This document shows positions 63,595 to 64,000 of a DNA stretch of 64,000 nucleotides, piece by piece; positions within the stretch are counted from its first letter, which is position 1; the number at the start of each line of letters is the position of its first letter. Where the stretch lies: NCBI RefSeq assembly GCF_011386835.1, contig NC_088814.1:3534001-3598000 (forward strand). Reading direction: 5' to 3'. The DNA comes from Chrysemys picta bellii (taxonomy: Eukaryota). A program made the position numbers and the translations under genes. The notes beneath the pieces are model-generated. The model saw only the letters and a list, made by a program, of their open reading frames with translations, ran no database searches and was not told the origin of the DNA.

Positions 63595-64000
63595 GTGAGT
63601 GTGGGGCGCGGGCACCCTGGGCAGCGGGGCAGGGCATTGGGCTCCCTGTGGCCCCGGCCCTGGGCTGAGGGGAGCCCTGGGAGTTTCTGTGGAGGGGCAG
63701 CTGGGGGTGGGGGGTCCTGGAGCAGAGCAGGATCCCTGTCCTGGCCCCTCCTCCGTGCCCAGCCTGGGGCAGAGGGGTCGCAGCCCCTGGGCACAGCGGT
63801 GCCCCTTCCCCTCACCAGCCTCAGCCCTGGCCCGTCCCCCTGCAGCTGCCCCGTCCCCCTGTCCAGGAGAGAGGCAGACCCAGCTCTGGGGCAGTGCCCC
63901 CAGCCCCCCAGCCCTGGGTACAGCATCTGACTGGGAGCAGGGGGTGGGGGTTGGGGTGGAGCAAGGCCCCCACTGCCCCCCCCAGCTCCCTGCCCCTGGG

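Overview
Vertebrate genomic DNA, GC-rich, most likely a turtle (inferred from amniote-type proteins and turtle-like repeat families). It is not prokaryotic, and most entries in the ORF track are spurious. The window is syntenic with the human 17q12 block TCAP-PNMT-PGAP3-ERBB2. It holds four genes. (1) ERBB2 coding exons 1-13 on the minus strand (ectodomain; the rest lies left of base 1). (2) A complete 8-exon PGAP3 on the plus strand (323 aa), head-to-head with ERBB2. (3) A complete 3-exon PNMT on the minus strand (265 aa), tail-to-tail with PGAP3. (4) Coding exon 1 of TCAP (telethonin) on the plus strand. I placed all exons by hand from protein similarity, GT-AG sites and phase continuity. 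Best observations: a 6-codon uORF ending 5 nt before the ERBB2 start codon, the same architecture as the known repressive human HER2 uORF, with an extra in-frame AUG overlapping its stop; TCAP divergent from PNMT, whereas the two are tandem in human; a minisatellite plus (CA)n between the TCAP TATA box and AUG; minisatellites apparently derived from a CR1 3' end and from tRNA-SINE heads; and an array of ZNF143-like motifs plus ETS sites at the PGAP3 promoter. I found no evidence of a wholly new biological system. Human comparisons come from recalled knowledge and were not run as searches.
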